Source: Candidatus Uhrbacteria bacterium GW2011_GWE2_46_68 | GTDB taxonomy: Bacteria > Patescibacteriota > Patescibacteriia > UBA9934 > GWF2-40-263 | NCBI GenBank assembly: GCA_001002765.1 | Contig: LCMS01000001.1 | Span: 4,662 to 68,661, forward strand | Length of the DNA stretch: 64,000 bases | Direction of reading: 5' to 3' | Part shown: positions 37,498 to 47,496 of the stretch, piece after piece | Layout of the letters: each line of letters begins with the position of its first letter | Position numbering within the stretch: position 1 is the first letter of the stretch | Made by a program: the position numbers and the translations under genes | The notes under the pieces: generated by a model | The model's database searches: none | The model's input: only the letters and a program-made list of their open reading frames with translations | What the model was told of the DNA's origin: nothing

Positions 37498-39043
37498 GAA
37501 GTTTTTTTTGACGCGTATTTTTTGTTTCCTGTTTTGGATATTGGTTTTGTTTTTACCTCATCGAAATGTTTTGGCGCTTGGGTTGTATTCTCCGACAATC
37601 GCGCTTGGGGAAGTGGAGGCAGGGGAAGATTACACAGGAACATTTCGCGTGGTACGTGAGGCGGGAGAAGTAGGAACAGGGAGCTTGTCGGTGGATGTGG
37701 AAATAACGGGTGACCAATGGATTTCGGTGACAGGTGAAGAATCTTTTGTCATGAGCGCAAGCGAAAACGCGTATGATTATACCTTTCTTTTTTCTCCAAA
37801 CGCCGTGCAAACAGGGGATTATCAAATACATTTTATTTTTTTTCTTGAGCCTTCCGGTTCACACGACGGGGGTGCGGGAGCTGTTGTTCGCGAGGGTGTA
37901 GAGGGAACGTTGACCTACAGAATGATCACTTCTTCCGAAACCGGAACAGGATCGGTTTCTTCAGGGCAAGGAACCTCATCCTCGTCTGGCACAGAAACAT
38001 CAAGCGGATCTTCTGACAGCGAAACTGAAGATGAAGGCACTTCGAGCCAAGAAGGTGGCACTGAAGAAGAAGACGATACGCAAATAAGCGACTCGCCGGA
38101 ACAAATCGAGGTTTCCGAAAGATCAGAATCGGAAACGGAGACGATTTGGACAGGGGATGGAACCGAAGGATCAAGAGAAAGCACAGACGCAGGGGATGCA
38201 GTGGCGACTGAATCGTCGGCAACATCTGAAGCGGATAGTGTGGATTTTCAGGATGTTGCAGAGTTTATGGGATTTTATGGACAAACAGGGTCGGGATTAT
38301 CCTCTCACGATCTTGATGGGGGTGGCAGCATAGGCCTATCTGATCTCTCTTTGCTTGTCTCGCAATGGACTTCGGACGAAGGGGGATTTACCGGCCTGTC
38401 CCCTGTGGAACCCGGAGAGCCACTTGACGAGGACGTTATTCTTTTCAAATTTCAGGTGGCGCATGCGGATAGGGAAAAGTTTTCCGTGATTTTATCAAGC
38501 GCACATAAAACCACAGACGACGAGGTTACCATGTACATTTTGGTGGATACGGGACAAGGAGGGGTGAATACGGCTGATCTTACGATCGACTATGATACGG
38601 AAAAATTACGGTTTATCGATGCGGAGATTGAGGGGTCGATTTTTTCCATTTTTCGTTCAAAACCACAGGAAATTGAAAGCGGAAAAATCAGCTTAACCGC
38701 TGCAACTCCCTGGTCTTTTGTGGGTACAAACGGTTTTGTGGCCACTTTGTATTTTTCTTTGATTGCAAAAGGAGAGGCTGCTTTGCGTTTTGAAGAAATC
38801 GAGTCATACGGAGAAGATGCTTATGAGCCAGGACAGGTTTTGGGAACGGATTTGATCGGCATAGTAGATAAAAAATCCACATCTCTTTCCGATACGACGG
38901 AGGAGGAAGTCAGAGCCGAGCAAATCCCGTCTTACTTTTTTCAAATCAATTTTTTAGAGATTATTCTTCTTTTGATATTGCTTATGGACACCATTGCTTT
39001 TTGGATTCTTTACCGTGACACAAAAGATCAACAATATGTTTAG
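37478..39043 (+). CDS. Surface protein: Ig-like N-domain, S/T/E linker, dockerin-like and cohesin-like domains, C-terminal TM
   Basis: HDLDGGGSIGLSDLSLLVSQW; VDTG..VNTADLTIDYD..KLRF...SIF...ATLYF..IAKGEA.L.F; ATG near 37475-37478. Confidence 0.7.
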   Translation, partial: KHRPLHEKFFLTRIFCFLFWILVLFLPHRNVLALGLYSPTIALGEVEAGEDYTGTFRVVREAGEVGTGSLSVDVEITGDQWISVTGEESFVMSASENAYDYTFLFSPNAVQTGDYQIHFIFFLEPSGSHDGGAGAVVREGVEGTLTYRMITSSETGTGSVSSGQGTSSSSGTETSSGSSDSETEDEGTSSQEGGTEEEDDTQISDSPEQIEVSERSESETETIWTGDGTEGSRESTDAGDAVATESSATSEADSVDFQDVAEFMGFYGQTGSGLSSHDLDGGGSIGLSDLSLLVSQWTSDEGGFTGLSPVEPGEPLDEDVILFKFQVAHADREKFSVILSSAHKTTDDEVTMYILVDTGQGGVNTADLTIDYDTEKLRFIDAEIEGSIFSIFRSKPQEIESGKISLTAATPWSFVGTNGFVATLYFSLIAKGEAALRFEEIESYGEDAYEPGQVLGTDLIGIVDKKSTSLSDTTEEEVRAEQIPSYFFQINFLEIILLLILLMDTIAFWILYRDTKDQQYV

Positions 39044-40058
39044 AGTATCTCTTATGAGTCGTGTGTTTCTTTTTTTGCTTTTTAGCGGTTGTTTGTTTGG
39101 GCATGCGGTTCCATCAAACGCCGCGGGAATCGGTGTTTCTCCATCTTCCATCAACACCGAAATTTTGGCGGGAGACAAAGTAGAGCAAACATTGTCACTT
39201 TCCCGTTTTGGAAATTCGGAAGAAATGCGGTTTTTGGTGCAAGTTTCGGAAGGCAATGATTTTATTGATTTGTTGGGGCAAGAAGAAGTGATCATCCCGT
39301 TTGGAGCCTCTCAAATATCGTTTACGTTTGCGATCAACGCGCAAAATCTTGGGGTGGGTGAGAAAATCGGAAACATTCAATTTTTGTCAGATATGCAAAT
39401 GCAAGATGGAAATTCCGGAAATCTTGTACAAACCGGGTTGGAGGTAAAAGTGAAGGCATCAATCGTCAACGCTTATGCCGTGGATGAAACTGTGGATGCG
39501 CAGCAAAATTGCAGTATTTTATCCGAGATCGCAGTTTCCAATATGCGCTTGAGTTATGCACGCGGTGGGGGGGGTGACACTTTAGATCTTACCTGGGATA
39601 TGCAAAATATCGGATCGGTTTCCATGAAGTCCGTGGCCTATGAGACAAACATTTTCAGAGACGGCGTATTGATTTCTTCCAGTCGTGAGGTCGCTGGAGG
39701 AGTTTTTGAAGCAGGTCAAACCATTTCACAAATCAAGTCTCAACATTTTTCTTCCTTACTCCCCGGTCTTTATCGTGTGGAATTAAAGTGGGGGGATAAG
39801 ACGCAAACCGTACAAATAACCGTGGAGCCGACGCTGTGGCAAGCGATATGGGATCAGGTATCGATTATCAGTGTTGCAGTGGGAGGACTGCTTGCTGCTG
39901 TCTTTGCTTTTCTTTTTATCAAAACAAAACTTTCTCTTTATGCGACAGTAAGGGCTTTGGGAAAAATGAAACGCAAAGTGGCCTCTGCGGCCACAAGCGG
40001 AGCAAAAAAAATAACACGCCGTCGTACGACAAAATTTTCCGCAAAAAGGGAAAAATAA
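39036..40058 (+). CDS. Secreted/anchored Ig-like protein (DUF916/PapD-like architecture)
   Basis: Signal peptide then GIGVSPSSI, NIGSV, C-terminal TM and basic tail. Confidence 0.7.
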   Translation: MFRVSLMSRVFLFLLFSGCLFGHAVPSNAAGIGVSPSSINTEILAGDKVEQTLSLSRFGNSEEMRFLVQVSEGNDFIDLLGQEEVIIPFGASQISFTFAINAQNLGVGEKIGNIQFLSDMQMQDGNSGNLVQTGLEVKVKASIVNAYAVDETVDAQQNCSILSEIAVSNMRLSYARGGGGDTLDLTWDMQNIGSVSMKSVAYETNIFRDGVLISSSREVAGGVFEAGQTISQIKSQHFSSLLPGLYRVELKWGDKTQTVQITVEPTLWQAIWDQVSIISVAVGGLLAAVFAFLFIKTKLSLYATVRALGKMKRKVASAATSGAKKITRRRTTKFSAKREK

Positions 40059-40171
40059 TTTTTTGTCATGAACTCTTCGCGGGACATTGGAAAATCATTG
40101 TTACAAAAGAGGGATCTCTCGTCGTTTCACTCATCGGGATAACATGAGAAGAGAGAAGCTCACGCTTGGGT

Positions 40172-40687
40172 TCATTGAGAAAACGAAAAGACAAGGCCAA
40201 AGATGTGATCGCGCGTTACAGGTCCGTACTCCCTGGAGTCCGTACTCTCATCTCGGTTATCACCCAGTAAAAAATATTCATTTTCTTTCAAAATATCGAA
40301 TGTTTGAGCGCTGCCGTTCCAGTTTCTTGTGACGGTTCCTTCGGGAAGATAGGTCTCTCCAAGTAAAAATGTTTTTCCGTCCATTCCTGTGACAAACACT
40401 TGATTGAGCCTGATCGTGACTTGTTCTCCGGGAAGGCCGATCACTCGCTTGATGACCACCTCTTTAAGCGAAGGGATAGAGGCTTGCACCACATCTCCTC
40501 GATCGGGCGAGTGAAACAGAAGATCAAACTTGTTAATGAAAAAAACTTGCGAGTCAAAAAAATTCGGTTCCATGGAGACGCCATCCACTATGCCCGGTTC
40601 AACGACAAAAGAACGAATAAAGATAAATGCAAAGGTGATCGCACACGTCAATTTGAAAATTTTCCAAAGATAATCATTTCTGCTCAT
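40172..40687 (-). CDS. lepB: Signal peptidase I
   Basis: GVSMEP, IKRVIGLPG, GDNRDESTDSR. Confidence 0.92.
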   Translation of the reverse strand: MSRNDYLWKIFKLTCAITFAFIFIRSFVVEPGIVDGVSMEPNFFDSQVFFINKFDLLFHSPDRGDVVQASIPSLKEVVIKRVIGLPGEQVTIRLNQVFVTGMDGKTFLLGETYLPEGTVTRNWNGSAQTFDILKENEYFLLGDNRDESTDSREYGPVTRDHIFGLVFSFSQ

Positions 40688-40722
40688 ACTTCTTCTATGA
40701 TATTATACCTGAAAGAGACGTT

Positions 40723-41073
40723 ATGAAGAATTTTTTTTGGGGACTGCAGGCGATCACGGAAAATTTTTTATTTTTTTCAAAACAACTTTCACAGTACCAA
40801 CTCTTTTGGGGATTTGCAGTCGGATTTTTTGTTGCCACACTTTTTTATGGATTCTTGATCACAGATCATCCCAAACAAGTGCCGACCGTTTTATTTCATG
40901 ATTCCTCCTCTTCCTTCCAAAAGATTTATCAGAGAAAAGAAGGTCAAGCCTATTCCACTTCTTTTTACGATTTTTCAAAAAAGGCCAATCGATTAAAGAC
41001 AGCTTTTCTTCTGGCCGGCATTCTTGCCATTGTATTAACACTCATTTCTTTACTAACCGTTTTTTATGGATAA
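40723..41073 (+). CDS. Small two-TM membrane protein
   Basis: 116 aa ORF overlapping the next gene start. Confidence 0.65.
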   Translation: MKNFFWGLQAITENFLFFSKQLSQYQLFWGFAVGFFVATLFYGFLITDHPKQVPTVLFHDSSSSFQKIYQRKEGQAYSTSFYDFSKKANRLKTAFLLAGILAIVLTLISLLTVFYG

Positions 41074-42442
41074 AAAAAACAAACAAAAAAGAGTTTTTTC
41101 CGGAAGTTTGATTTTAGCCTCACTTTTTTTCTTGTTCTTTCCCTTCCTAACTCCTCTTCCCGCAAAGGCCATAGGAGCTTCTCCGTCAAGAATAAACAAT
41201 GTGACGGTTTTGCGAGGAACCGTGCAGACCCAATCCATTTCCATTGTTCGTGCGATATCGGAGGGGAATCGCGAAGTGACGGTCAATGTGACAAAGCGTG
41301 GCGAGTATGCTCATTACATCAATGCGCCAGAGTCCATTATTTTGCTTAGTGGGCAAAATAGTGTGATCTACACTTTTGATGTGGATGCAACCGATGCGGC
41401 GGTAGGGGAATATCAGGTTATTCTCTCTTTTCTTGTCGATCCGTATATCACAGCACAGACAGAAGCAACATCAGGAGGAATGAGCGCCGGTGTCGGATTT
41501 ATTACAGGTGTGGATATTCCGGTTACTTTTACGGTCTCCGGAGATCAAGTGGTGTCTTATGATGTTCAAAGTATGGGAATGGATGACACCGAAGTAAATA
41601 TGCCTGTTTTCCTCACCTTTAATATCCATAATACGGGGAATGTAGAATGGAAACCACAAAAAGTGGAATTGACATTTACTGACACATCCGATCCAGCCCA
41701 TGTGGTGACCGAAATTGTCGAAAGTGAAGATTTTCCCGTGGTAAAACCCAGTGCTGAAAGTGTTGTCACGGTTGTACAAATCGCATCTGTATTGATCGAG
41801 GGGACCTACGAGGTGAAAGCTAAGTTTTATTATGAAGGTCAGGTGGTGGCAGAGCTTTCTTCTTCTTCGCTTTTGACGGTTTATCCGGTCGGAACCCTCG
41901 CGCAATCAGGCGAGCTTTTGTCCGCAAGTACCAATAAGACATCGTATGAAAGAGGAGAAAAAGTGAATGCAAGTGTGATTTTCAAAAATACGGGTGAGGT
42001 AAAGGTAAACGGCACCTTGTACATAGATATGTATAAGGACGGCTCTTATGTGGATTTGCTCTTGGGAGAAACCTTGGCTGTTGATAGGGGAGACGAAGTA
42101 GTTTTTTCAAAAATTATAGAAACGGATGGCCCTGGAGATTATGTGGCTTCGGCTTATGTCAAATACAGCAATAAAAAAACAGAATCCATTGATTTGGCCT
42201 TTTCCGTTATTTCTGCCGGAGGAGTCGGTGATGCCTTGTCGTTTGCCAATTCTGTCTGGGGTTTGGCTATTTTGATCGGTATTATTGTTGTTATAGCTGT
42301 CATTATCAAAATAACGAGGAAAAAGAACGGAACGTCGCCCACCATCATTCCCCAAACGAACACCATCCCCACGATAAATCAAATGGAAGCGCATAAAGAA
42401 GAGCAAAATGTTTTACCAATCGATGAGACAAAGGAAAACTAA
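41066..42442 (+). CDS. Secreted/anchored multi-Ig protein (DUF916/PapD-like architecture)
   Basis: Signal peptide then AIGASPSRI, HNTGNV, KNTGEV, C-terminal TM. Confidence 0.75.
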   Translation: MDKKNKQKRVFSGSLILASLFFLFFPFLTPLPAKAIGASPSRINNVTVLRGTVQTQSISIVRAISEGNREVTVNVTKRGEYAHYINAPESIILLSGQNSVIYTFDVDATDAAVGEYQVILSFLVDPYITAQTEATSGGMSAGVGFITGVDIPVTFTVSGDQVVSYDVQSMGMDDTEVNMPVFLTFNIHNTGNVEWKPQKVELTFTDTSDPAHVVTEIVESEDFPVVKPSAESVVTVVQIASVLIEGTYEVKAKFYYEGQVVAELSSSSLLTVYPVGTLAQSGELLSASTNKTSYERGEKVNASVIFKNTGEVKVNGTLYIDMYKDGSYVDLLLGETLAVDRGDEVVFSKIIETDGPGDYVASAYVKYSNKKTESIDLAFSVISAGGVGDALSFANSVWGLAILIGIIVVIAVIIKITRKKNGTSPTIIPQTNTIPTINQMEAHKEEQNVLPIDETKEN

Positions 42443-42623
42443 AAATTGTGGATAACTTTTTTGTGCGATTTCGTTCTTATTTGTCGCAATAAATGCTATA
42501 ATTTAAGCAAAGAAAATATCGGTGAGAAGGACACCGAAAAAATTCATTATTTTCATTCAAAATTAAACAAAAATAAATGAAACAAAAGATGTAGAACTTT
42601 TTATTCTTTTACTCTTATTTTTT

Positions 42624-43526
42624 ATGCAGGAATCAAAGGCCCTCCATTATGTTTTGGGGCTATCGCTCGCCATGATCGCGCTTTTTGTGGTCGTCGCGCT
42701 TGTGATGATCAATACGCGTGCAAGTGACTCTGAAGTGACCATCAATAACGTATCACCGACCGTGGTTGAATCCGCTTTGGATGCAGGAGCTGCCATCACA
42801 CTTACCTCCGGAACAACAAAGGAGGTCGTAGCAACAGCTACCGTACAAGACACGAACGGAAATGCAGACATCGCGACTGTATTAATGGTTCTTTATCGTT
42901 CCGGAGCAACAGGGGGAACAGCTTGCTCATCGGACGACAACGATTGTTACCGCATCAACGAATGTGTATTGACAAATAATGCAGATCCTCTTCAAAAAGT
43001 GGCCACTTGCACTTTTGTCATGGATCACTATGCGGATTCCACCAGCGCGAGTGGACGTTATCCAGCAGAAAACTGGAAATTGTATGTGAGGGTGGCAGAT
43101 ACAGATGCCACAACAGGAGAATTGAATACGACGACAACCGAAGTAAATGATTTGTTATCACTTAGTATTCCTTCCGTAATTAACTTCGGTACAGTTAGTC
43201 TTGGGAACCAAGGGTATACAAACTTAACCATTGAAAACCAAGGAAACATGCGATCCGGAGTAAATATCTCGTCTTCAGATGATGATATGGATTGTACGGT
43301 TCGAGGCGCGATTCCGCGTGATAAACAAGAACATAAGGATGCCACTTTTGCGATTGGAGCTGGTACAGATTTGAGCGCAACTCCCACAGATACAACTTTG
43401 ACCATTGATTGGCAAGCAACAGGAACAGATACCTCGGACATTCTTTATATGGGAGTAGATGTTCTTCCGTCAGGTCTTGAGGGTGTTTGTACCATGGTGG
43501 ATACTTTGACAGCCTTTGCAAAGTAA
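42624..43526 (+). CDS. Secreted beta-rich protein, paralogue A (putative fibre subunit)
   Basis: N-terminal hydrophobic leader, NVSPTV, C-x6-CY, SVINFG; paralogous to 43859-44821. Confidence 0.8.
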   Translation: MQESKALHYVLGLSLAMIALFVVVALVMINTRASDSEVTINNVSPTVVESALDAGAAITLTSGTTKEVVATATVQDTNGNADIATVLMVLYRSGATGGTACSSDDNDCYRINECVLTNNADPLQKVATCTFVMDHYADSTSASGRYPAENWKLYVRVADTDATTGELNTTTTEVNDLLSLSIPSVINFGTVSLGNQGYTNLTIENQGNMRSGVNISSSDDDMDCTVRGAIPRDKQEHKDATFAIGAGTDLSATPTDTTLTIDWQATGTDTSDILYMGVDVLPSGLEGVCTMVDTLTAFAK

Positions 43527-43535
43527 TTTGACTTT

Positions 43536-43772
43536 ATGAATCAAAAATTACTCGCGGTGTTGGCGGTCGTTGTTGTCCTATTGAGTGGGTTGGTGTTAAT
43601 TGCGGTTACCAAGTCTGTGCAAACCGATGATCTTGAGGATGTCGGAAGTATTCTCGTCCCAGGATCGGTTGCAGGACAAGAATTGGAAAACCCACCCACA
43701 ACCGTAGGCTCCGAAGCGGTCGTGAACATTCCGCAAACCAGCACAACCGCGCAGGTGAAAATTGGTGAATAA
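43536..43772 (+). CDS. Small single-TM protein
   Basis: 78 aa ORF followed by a terminator. Confidence 0.65.
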   Translation: MNQKLLAVLAVVVVLLSGLVLIAVTKSVQTDDLEDVGSILVPGSVAGQELENPPTTVGSEAVVNIPQTSTTAQVKIGE

Positions 43773-43792
43773 TGTAAAAGATACGGTAACAG

Positions 43793-43822
43793 AAAAACCG
43801 CTCTGTCATAAGGGCGGTTTTT
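43793..43822 (+). terminator. Intrinsic terminator
   Basis: AAAAACCGCTCT-gtcata-AGGGCGGTTTTT. Confidence 0.7.
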
Positions 43823-43858
43823 GATTTCAAATTTTACTGTTATAATGGAGGTAATGTT

Positions 43859-44821
43859 ATGAATCACGCAGGAGGGCGCAGACAAGAAAAAATAAGAAAA
43901 GGAATTTTCCTTTTACTTTTTGGGATAGGCATGTTGTTTGTTTTTACTTTTACGTTTTATCGATCTTTGGCAACTGATGTTTCTGTGCAAATTGGCAACG
44001 TTGCCCCTACGGTTGTTTCGGCGTTTCTTCATGCTTCCTCTTTTATTTTTACGGAACAATTCAATATAGGTACCCCTGTCAATGTAATGATTCCAGGGTC
44101 AACCGGAGCCTTATATGGAAATGGACGGGTGGAGGACTTAAACGGTCGAGATGATATTGTGAACGTGCGAGGTGTTTTTTATCGTTCCAGCGTTTCGGGC
44201 GGATCGGATTGTACAGCGGACAACAACGGTTGTTATGTGGTGAGTTCATGCACCTTACGTGACCTCACGGGAAACGATTTGCGTAAAGAATATTCCTGCC
44301 GTTTTGATCTTTCCGCTTATATTGATTCCACAGATAGTGACGGCCATTATTCCACAGATACTTGGAATTTTTTTGTCGAGGTGAGCGATGGAACAGCAAT
44401 AGATTCCGAGTCAGTAACAACCGAAGTCAGCTCGCTTCTTTCCTTGGATATTCCTTCCTCCATCAACTATGGAGTCTTGGGGCTTGGGGATAAAACACCC
44501 GCAGGTTCGATAAATATTACGGTCACACAACAGGGGAATGTGCGGGCAGGTGTGGAGATTTCAGGTGTGGGAACAGCAATGAACTGTTCGGGCCGCGGAT
44601 CCATTCCACGTGAGAATCAAGAATATTCCACTGAGTCTTTTACTCATGGAACAGGAATTGATTTGTCCGGCACGCCCATCTCAACTGGTATGGTGCTCGG
44701 GTGGCAGGAAACCGATACGGCCGTTTCTGATGATTTGTATTTTGGGATTGAGATTCCCTCAAGCGGGGTCGAGGGTATCTGCTCTATGGTAAACACACTA
44801 ACTGCAGCTTCTCTTGACTGA
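43859..44821 (+). CDS. Secreted beta-rich protein, paralogue B
   Basis: NVAPTV, C-x6-CY, SSINYG, same Cys pattern as paralogue A. Confidence 0.8.
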   Translation: MNHAGGRRQEKIRKGIFLLLFGIGMLFVFTFTFYRSLATDVSVQIGNVAPTVVSAFLHASSFIFTEQFNIGTPVNVMIPGSTGALYGNGRVEDLNGRDDIVNVRGVFYRSSVSGGSDCTADNNGCYVVSSCTLRDLTGNDLRKEYSCRFDLSAYIDSTDSDGHYSTDTWNFFVEVSDGTAIDSESVTTEVSSLLSLDIPSSINYGVLGLGDKTPAGSINITVTQQGNVRAGVEISGVGTAMNCSGRGSIPRENQEYSTESFTHGTGIDLSGTPISTGMVLGWQETDTAVSDDLYFGIEIPSSGVEGICSMVNTLTAASLD

Positions 44822-44826
44822 TCATT

Positions 44827-47106
44827 ATGTGGAAACAAAAGGGGGATATGTTTCGTTTCTTTTTTTCAAGAATCACCAGGCAATTGGAGTTTTTTCTACT
44901 TCTTTTTATTCTTGTTCCTCTATTGTGTTTGAGCATTTTTTTCATTTTTCAGGCTAGGGGGAACAGTCATGATACATCGAATTTTCTTGCCTATTCCGTT
45001 TTGATCAATAAAAGCAGGGTGCAAGAGATTTTGAATGCTTACGAATCGGGTGTGGAAACTCTTGCCCTTGATTTGCAAGTGCACGAGAATTTTTTTTCTT
45101 TTTTATCCGTTCATGATGAGGAAAGTTTTTCTGTTTTGGATTTACTCGGACGTGAAGACATATCCGGGGATCTGATCGCCGGTGCAGCTTTTTTAGGTTA
45201 TCAAGATAATGCGGCTATAGTTACGACAAACGGTTTTACGTTCACACAAGACGAGGTGCATGCTTTTGCTAGTCATAAAACAGACGGAAGAGAGACAAAA
45301 ACAACATTTCTTTTTCGAAATTCAGGAACCAACGATCTCTCCATCCTTCTTTCCTATCCTTTTGAAGACGAACAATCTTTATTTTCCGGTTTTCTCATTA
45401 TCGAGATAAAACCATCGTCTTTACTCGAGCTTGAAAAGAATTTCCGTACACTTTCCCAAACCGGTGAAATGCAGATTGTCTCATGGGGGAAAAACGGAAA
45501 CGCTCAAACAATTTTGCCATCGCGGTTTATCAATGCCTCTGTTGTTTCTTCCATCACCTCTGACTCTCTTTATGCCAAAGTGTTGAAACGGAATGGGTTT
45601 TTAGATAGGAGCATTGTGGATTATCGTGGGAAAAGCGTGTTTGCCGCCTCACGTTATCTTCCAACCCACGAGCTTGGTCTCATCGTAAAGATGGATCGTC
45701 AAGAGGTGCTTGAACCCCTCATCATCCTTGCCGGGTCTTTAACACTTATTGCTGTTTTCCTTTTGTTTTTCGGTTTTGTGTTTATTTCTTATTTTTCTTC
45801 CATCGTGGCAAAACCACTTGAGGATCTTGCCGAGGCCGCCAGAAGAATTGAAAAAGGGGAAACTGATATTCGTCTCCCTCATACGGATGCTAAAAATGAA
45901 ATCGGCGTGATGACCAGGGCGTTTCGTCGCATGACCACATCACTCATCGAATCCAATGAGGCATTGGAGGAAAAGGTGCACAATCGCACCGCGGAATTGC
46001 AAAAAAATTTTTCTCTGATCAAAAAAGAAAAAGCCAAGGACGATGCATTGCTTTCAAGCATTGGAGAGGGGTTGGTTGTTGTGGATGCCAAGGGACTGAT
46101 CATAATGGTGAATCGGGCTGCGGAAAGTATTTTTACTCTGCGCAGTGACCGTATGGTCGGGAAGCAGTTTTCTTCAGTAATTGTTCTTTTGGATAAAGAT
46201 AATCATGTATTGTCGGGAGATGCTCATCCGGTATTATCCACGCTTTTGACCGCCAAAAAAGCGAATCGTATGGAGTTTTTGTCCAAACGGTCAAATCAAG
46301 ATATATTTCCCATTGCCCTTACTTCAGCCCCCATTCTTTTGAGTGGAAAAGTGACCGGTTCGGTCATTATCATTCGTGATATTACCAGGGAAAAGGAGAT
46401 CGACCGCATGAAATCCGAATTCATCTCGATCGCTTCACATCAGTTGCGCGGTCCGGTGGCTTCGATCAAATGGTATGGGGAGCTTTTGGGGAAAGAGACC
46501 TCCCGCATGAAAGAATCCACAAAAGAGTTTGTAAATCGCATCAATGTTTCAACGGTTCAATTAGTCGCGCTTATCGATGATTTCCTTAATGTTTCCCGCA
46601 TCGAATCAAATACGGTTGCCAGAACACTTGAAGATATTGAACCCTATAAACTCGTACAAAATATAGTGGAAACTTATCGCCATGACATTGAAGAAAAGGG
46701 GTTGAAGCTCACGATCAAGAATCTTTCAAAAGTGAAAAGCGTTTCCTTTGATCCTGAGTCCATTCGCGAGATTTACGCTAATATCATCGCCAATGCAATC
46801 AAATATACGAAAGATCGTGGGGATATCTTCATTAGACTTTTCGATCGTGGTGTGACCTTAATGTTAGAGGCAAAAGATACAGGCGAGGGCATTCCAAGAG
46901 ATGAACAATCAAAGATTTTTACCAAGTTTTATCGGGCGAGCAATGTGCTTGAGGGCGGACATAAAGGGACGGGACTCGGACTTTACACCGCGCATCTTTT
47001 GGCAAAACAAGCGGGAGGGGACATCACGTTCATTTCCGCAAAAGGGAAAGGATCCACATTCACGGTTTCCCTTCCCCGCAAACAAAAAACTCTTTCAAAA
47101 AATTAA
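44827..47106 (+). CDS. Sensor histidine kinase (extracellular sensor, HAMP, PAS, HisKA, HATPase)
   Basis: ASHQLRGP, NAIKYT, DTGEGI, GTGLGL. Confidence 0.93.
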   Translation: MWKQKGDMFRFFFSRITRQLEFFLLLFILVPLLCLSIFFIFQARGNSHDTSNFLAYSVLINKSRVQEILNAYESGVETLALDLQVHENFFSFLSVHDEESFSVLDLLGREDISGDLIAGAAFLGYQDNAAIVTTNGFTFTQDEVHAFASHKTDGRETKTTFLFRNSGTNDLSILLSYPFEDEQSLFSGFLIIEIKPSSLLELEKNFRTLSQTGEMQIVSWGKNGNAQTILPSRFINASVVSSITSDSLYAKVLKRNGFLDRSIVDYRGKSVFAASRYLPTHELGLIVKMDRQEVLEPLIILAGSLTLIAVFLLFFGFVFISYFSSIVAKPLEDLAEAARRIEKGETDIRLPHTDAKNEIGVMTRAFRRMTTSLIESNEALEEKVHNRTAELQKNFSLIKKEKAKDDALLSSIGEGLVVVDAKGLIIMVNRAAESIFTLRSDRMVGKQFSSVIVLLDKDNHVLSGDAHPVLSTLLTAKKANRMEFLSKRSNQDIFPIALTSAPILLSGKVTGSVIIIRDITREKEIDRMKSEFISIASHQLRGPVASIKWYGELLGKETSRMKESTKEFVNRINVSTVQLVALIDDFLNVSRIESNTVARTLEDIEPYKLVQNIVETYRHDIEEKGLKLTIKNLSKVKSVSFDPESIREIYANIIANAIKYTKDRGDIFIRLFDRGVTLMLEAKDTGEGIPRDEQSKIFTKFYRASNVLEGGHKGTGLGLYTAHLLAKQAGGDITFISAKGKGSTFTVSLPRKQKTLSKN

Positions 47107-47125
47107 TTCATCTTCATTATTTTCT

Positions 47126-47494
47126 ATGTCCAAAAAAGTGCTGATCGTCGAAGACGACAAATTTTTATCGGATATTTATCAGAACCAATTGCAAAAGGAA
47201 GGAATCGAAACTCAAGTGGCTGTGGACGGGAAGGAAGCGTTGGTTTATTTGGAAAAAGAAAACCCGAGGGTCATTATTCTTGACATGATTATGCCAAGAA
47301 TGAATGGATTTGATTTTCTTGAAGCTTTGCGAAAGAACAACGAATGGAATGATATTCCCGTGATCGTGCTCACAAATTTGGGACAAGAAGGGGACAAAGC
47401 GCGGTGTCATGAGCTGCGAGAGTGTACATATCTTGTCAAAACCGAGGTGGAGATCGATAGAGTCATCAAACTGATCAAAGAAAAAATAAGCTGA
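47126..47494 (+). CDS. Single-domain response regulator
   Basis: VLIVEDD, LDMIMPRMNG, LTN, YLVK. Confidence 0.92.
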   Translation: MSKKVLIVEDDKFLSDIYQNQLQKEGIETQVAVDGKEALVYLEKENPRVIILDMIMPRMNGFDFLEALRKNNEWNDIPVIVLTNLGQEGDKARCHELRECTYLVKTEVEIDRVIKLIKEKIS

Positions 47495-47496
47495 TT

